This document shows, one piece after another, positions 62,648-64,000 of a DNA stretch of 64,000 bases. Source of the DNA: Syntrophales bacterium (GTDB taxonomy: Bacteria; Desulfobacterota; Syntrophia; Syntrophales; UBA2210); assembly GCA_963662405.2 (NCBI GenBank), contig CAXXKT010000001.1:704001-768000 (forward strand). The letters are read 5' to 3'. The notes beneath the pieces were generated by a model. That model was not told where the DNA came from, searched no databases, and saw only the letters and a program-made list of their open reading frames with translations. The translations under genes were made by a program, and so were the position numbers. Position 1 is the first letter of the stretch. Each line of letters starts with the position of its first letter.

Positions 62648-64000
62648 CTATTTTTTCAATTCTTCTTTCACTGCCTGCCCGATTTGTTGCAATTTGAACG
62701 GTTTCTTGATGTATTGGCCCGCCCCCAACTGTAAGGTTGCCTTCACCTCGTCCGTTGCGGCGAATCCGCTGACGATGATGGCCTTCTGGCGGGGGTGTAT
62801 TGCCAGTATCCGTTCATATGTCTCACGACCGTTGATTCCCGGGTCCATGATCATATCGAGGAGTATCAAATCCGCGGTATGTTCTTTCAGGTATTCGACG
62901 GCATCCTCTCCACTGGACATGGCATTCACCTTATAGCCTAATTTATCAAGCATCTTACAGGACATTTCTCTCTGGGTTTCCACATCATCAACGACCAGGA
63001 TGGCCTCCCCGTGTCCTGTGTAATCATCGGGAGGGGCGGATATGGATTCGTCAGACACATCGATGCGGGTGATCGGCAGGTATACCTCAAAACTCGTGCC
63101 GTTCCGGTCGCTTTTCACGTCTATGTAGCCTCCATGATCCCGTATCACGTTCCATGTCACGGCAAGACCCAGACCGGTTCCGCTTCTGCCCATCACTTTC
63201 TTGGTATAAAACGGTTCAAATATCCGCTCGATGTCGTCTGCTGATATTCCCGCACCGTCGTCCGATACGGACAAAACCGTATATTCGCCTTCGATTACAT
63301 AACTGTACCCCCTTAGGGGTTTATCGACATAACGATTCTCCGTTGCTATTGTCACCGTCCCAGCACCATCAATGGCTTCCGAGGCGTTCCATATCAGGTT
63401 CATGACTATCTTCTTTATGTGAGCAGGGGACCCCTCTATGTTCAGCAGATTGGAATCAAGGTTGCTGATGACGGTTACCGCCGGGTGAAATTGTTTCAGC
63501 TTTGCATGTTCCGGGGAATGCAAATAATTATTGACCACATCGTTCAGGTTCAGCGGTTGTTTCGTGGTAGCCACCCCCCGTGCCACGGTCAATAGATCCT
63601 GGACAATCGCCACCGCTCTCTGTCCGGACTCCTGTATGGTCTCAAGGGGCTTTCTGAGCGTGTTGTCTTCGGGCATGTCCATCAGGAGTAGGTCGGGGTA
63701 ACTGACAACGCCCGACAGTATGTTATTCAGATCATGGGCGACTCCGCCCGCCAACAGTCCGAGGGACTCCATCGTCTGGGATCGCTGAAGCTTGGCCTGG
63801 AGCACTGATTTCTCCTCCTCTGCCTCCACACGTTCAGTTATGTCCCATACGATACCCTCGAAATGCGTGATCTCTCCTTTGTCGTTTCTCCGAATGAAAG
63901 TCATGTCCTCAATCCATTTGATCCCCCCATCTTTCGTGAGAATACGATAAGGAGTATGATGAAATTCAGGTCTGCCTTTTCCCTCAGCATAGGTTGCAAC
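62648..64000 (-). CDS. Hybrid sensor histidine kinase (PAS/PAC-HisKA-HATPase-REC), 5' end outside the window
   Basis: AHDLNNIL, MNLIWNA, DDGAG, EPFYTKK..GTGLGL, VVDD, LLDMIM, KP; frame open to the window end. Confidence 0.95.
   Translation of the reverse strand, partial: VATYAEGKGRPEFHHTPYRILTKDGGIKWIEDMTFIRRNDKGEITHFEGIVWDITERVEAEEEKSVLQAKLQRSQTMESLGLLAGGVAHDLNNILSGVVSYPDLLLMDMPEDNTLRKPLETIQESGQRAVAIVQDLLTVARGVATTKQPLNLNDVVNNYLHSPEHAKLKQFHPAVTVISNLDSNLLNIEGSPAHIKKIVMNLIWNASEAIDGAGTVTIATENRYVDKPLRGYSYVIEGEYTVLSVSDDGAGISADDIERIFEPFYTKKVMGRSGTGLGLAVTWNVIRDHGGYIDVKSDRNGTSFEVYLPITRIDVSDESISAPPDDYTGHGEAILVVDDVETQREMSCKMLDKLGYKVNAMSSGEDAVEYLKEHTADLILLDMIMDPGINGRETYERILAIHPRQKAIIVSGFAATDEVKATLQLGAGQYIKKPFKLQQIGQAVKEELKK

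Overview
GC-rich bacterial chromosome segment. Gene content (CoA transferase, NDP-forming acyl-CoA synthetase, glpABC, long PurL) suggests an anaerobic deltaproteobacterium (Desulfobacterota/Syntrophales-like); this is inference. In order: an NCS2 permease with an in-frame amber codon; an acyl-CoA synthetase; a two-gene surface module (secreted S74 self-cleaving fibre-like protein plus a 2077-aa protein with 18 FN3-like repeats and an IPTL-CTERM tail); a CoA transferase; a lipoprotein; a kdnB-like/kdnA/kdsB cluster (probable 8-amino-Kdo synthesis); a sigma54-driven run dapF-purF-aspS-carA-guaA-carB ending in an uncharacterised PPDK-N-like protein; glmM-purL-purQ; sigma54-driven amtB-glnK; a 1014-aa PHP-like membrane protein coupled to glpQ and followed by glpABC; several secreted proteins; rplU-rpmA-obgE-proB; housekeeping genes; an AT-rich NYN gene; and a partial hybrid histidine kinase. 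About 17 frameshifts, almost all +1 insertions in homopolymers, look like sequencing errors. No rRNA, tRNA, CRISPR array or transposase was recognised. All product calls come from motif recognition by eye, not database searches.
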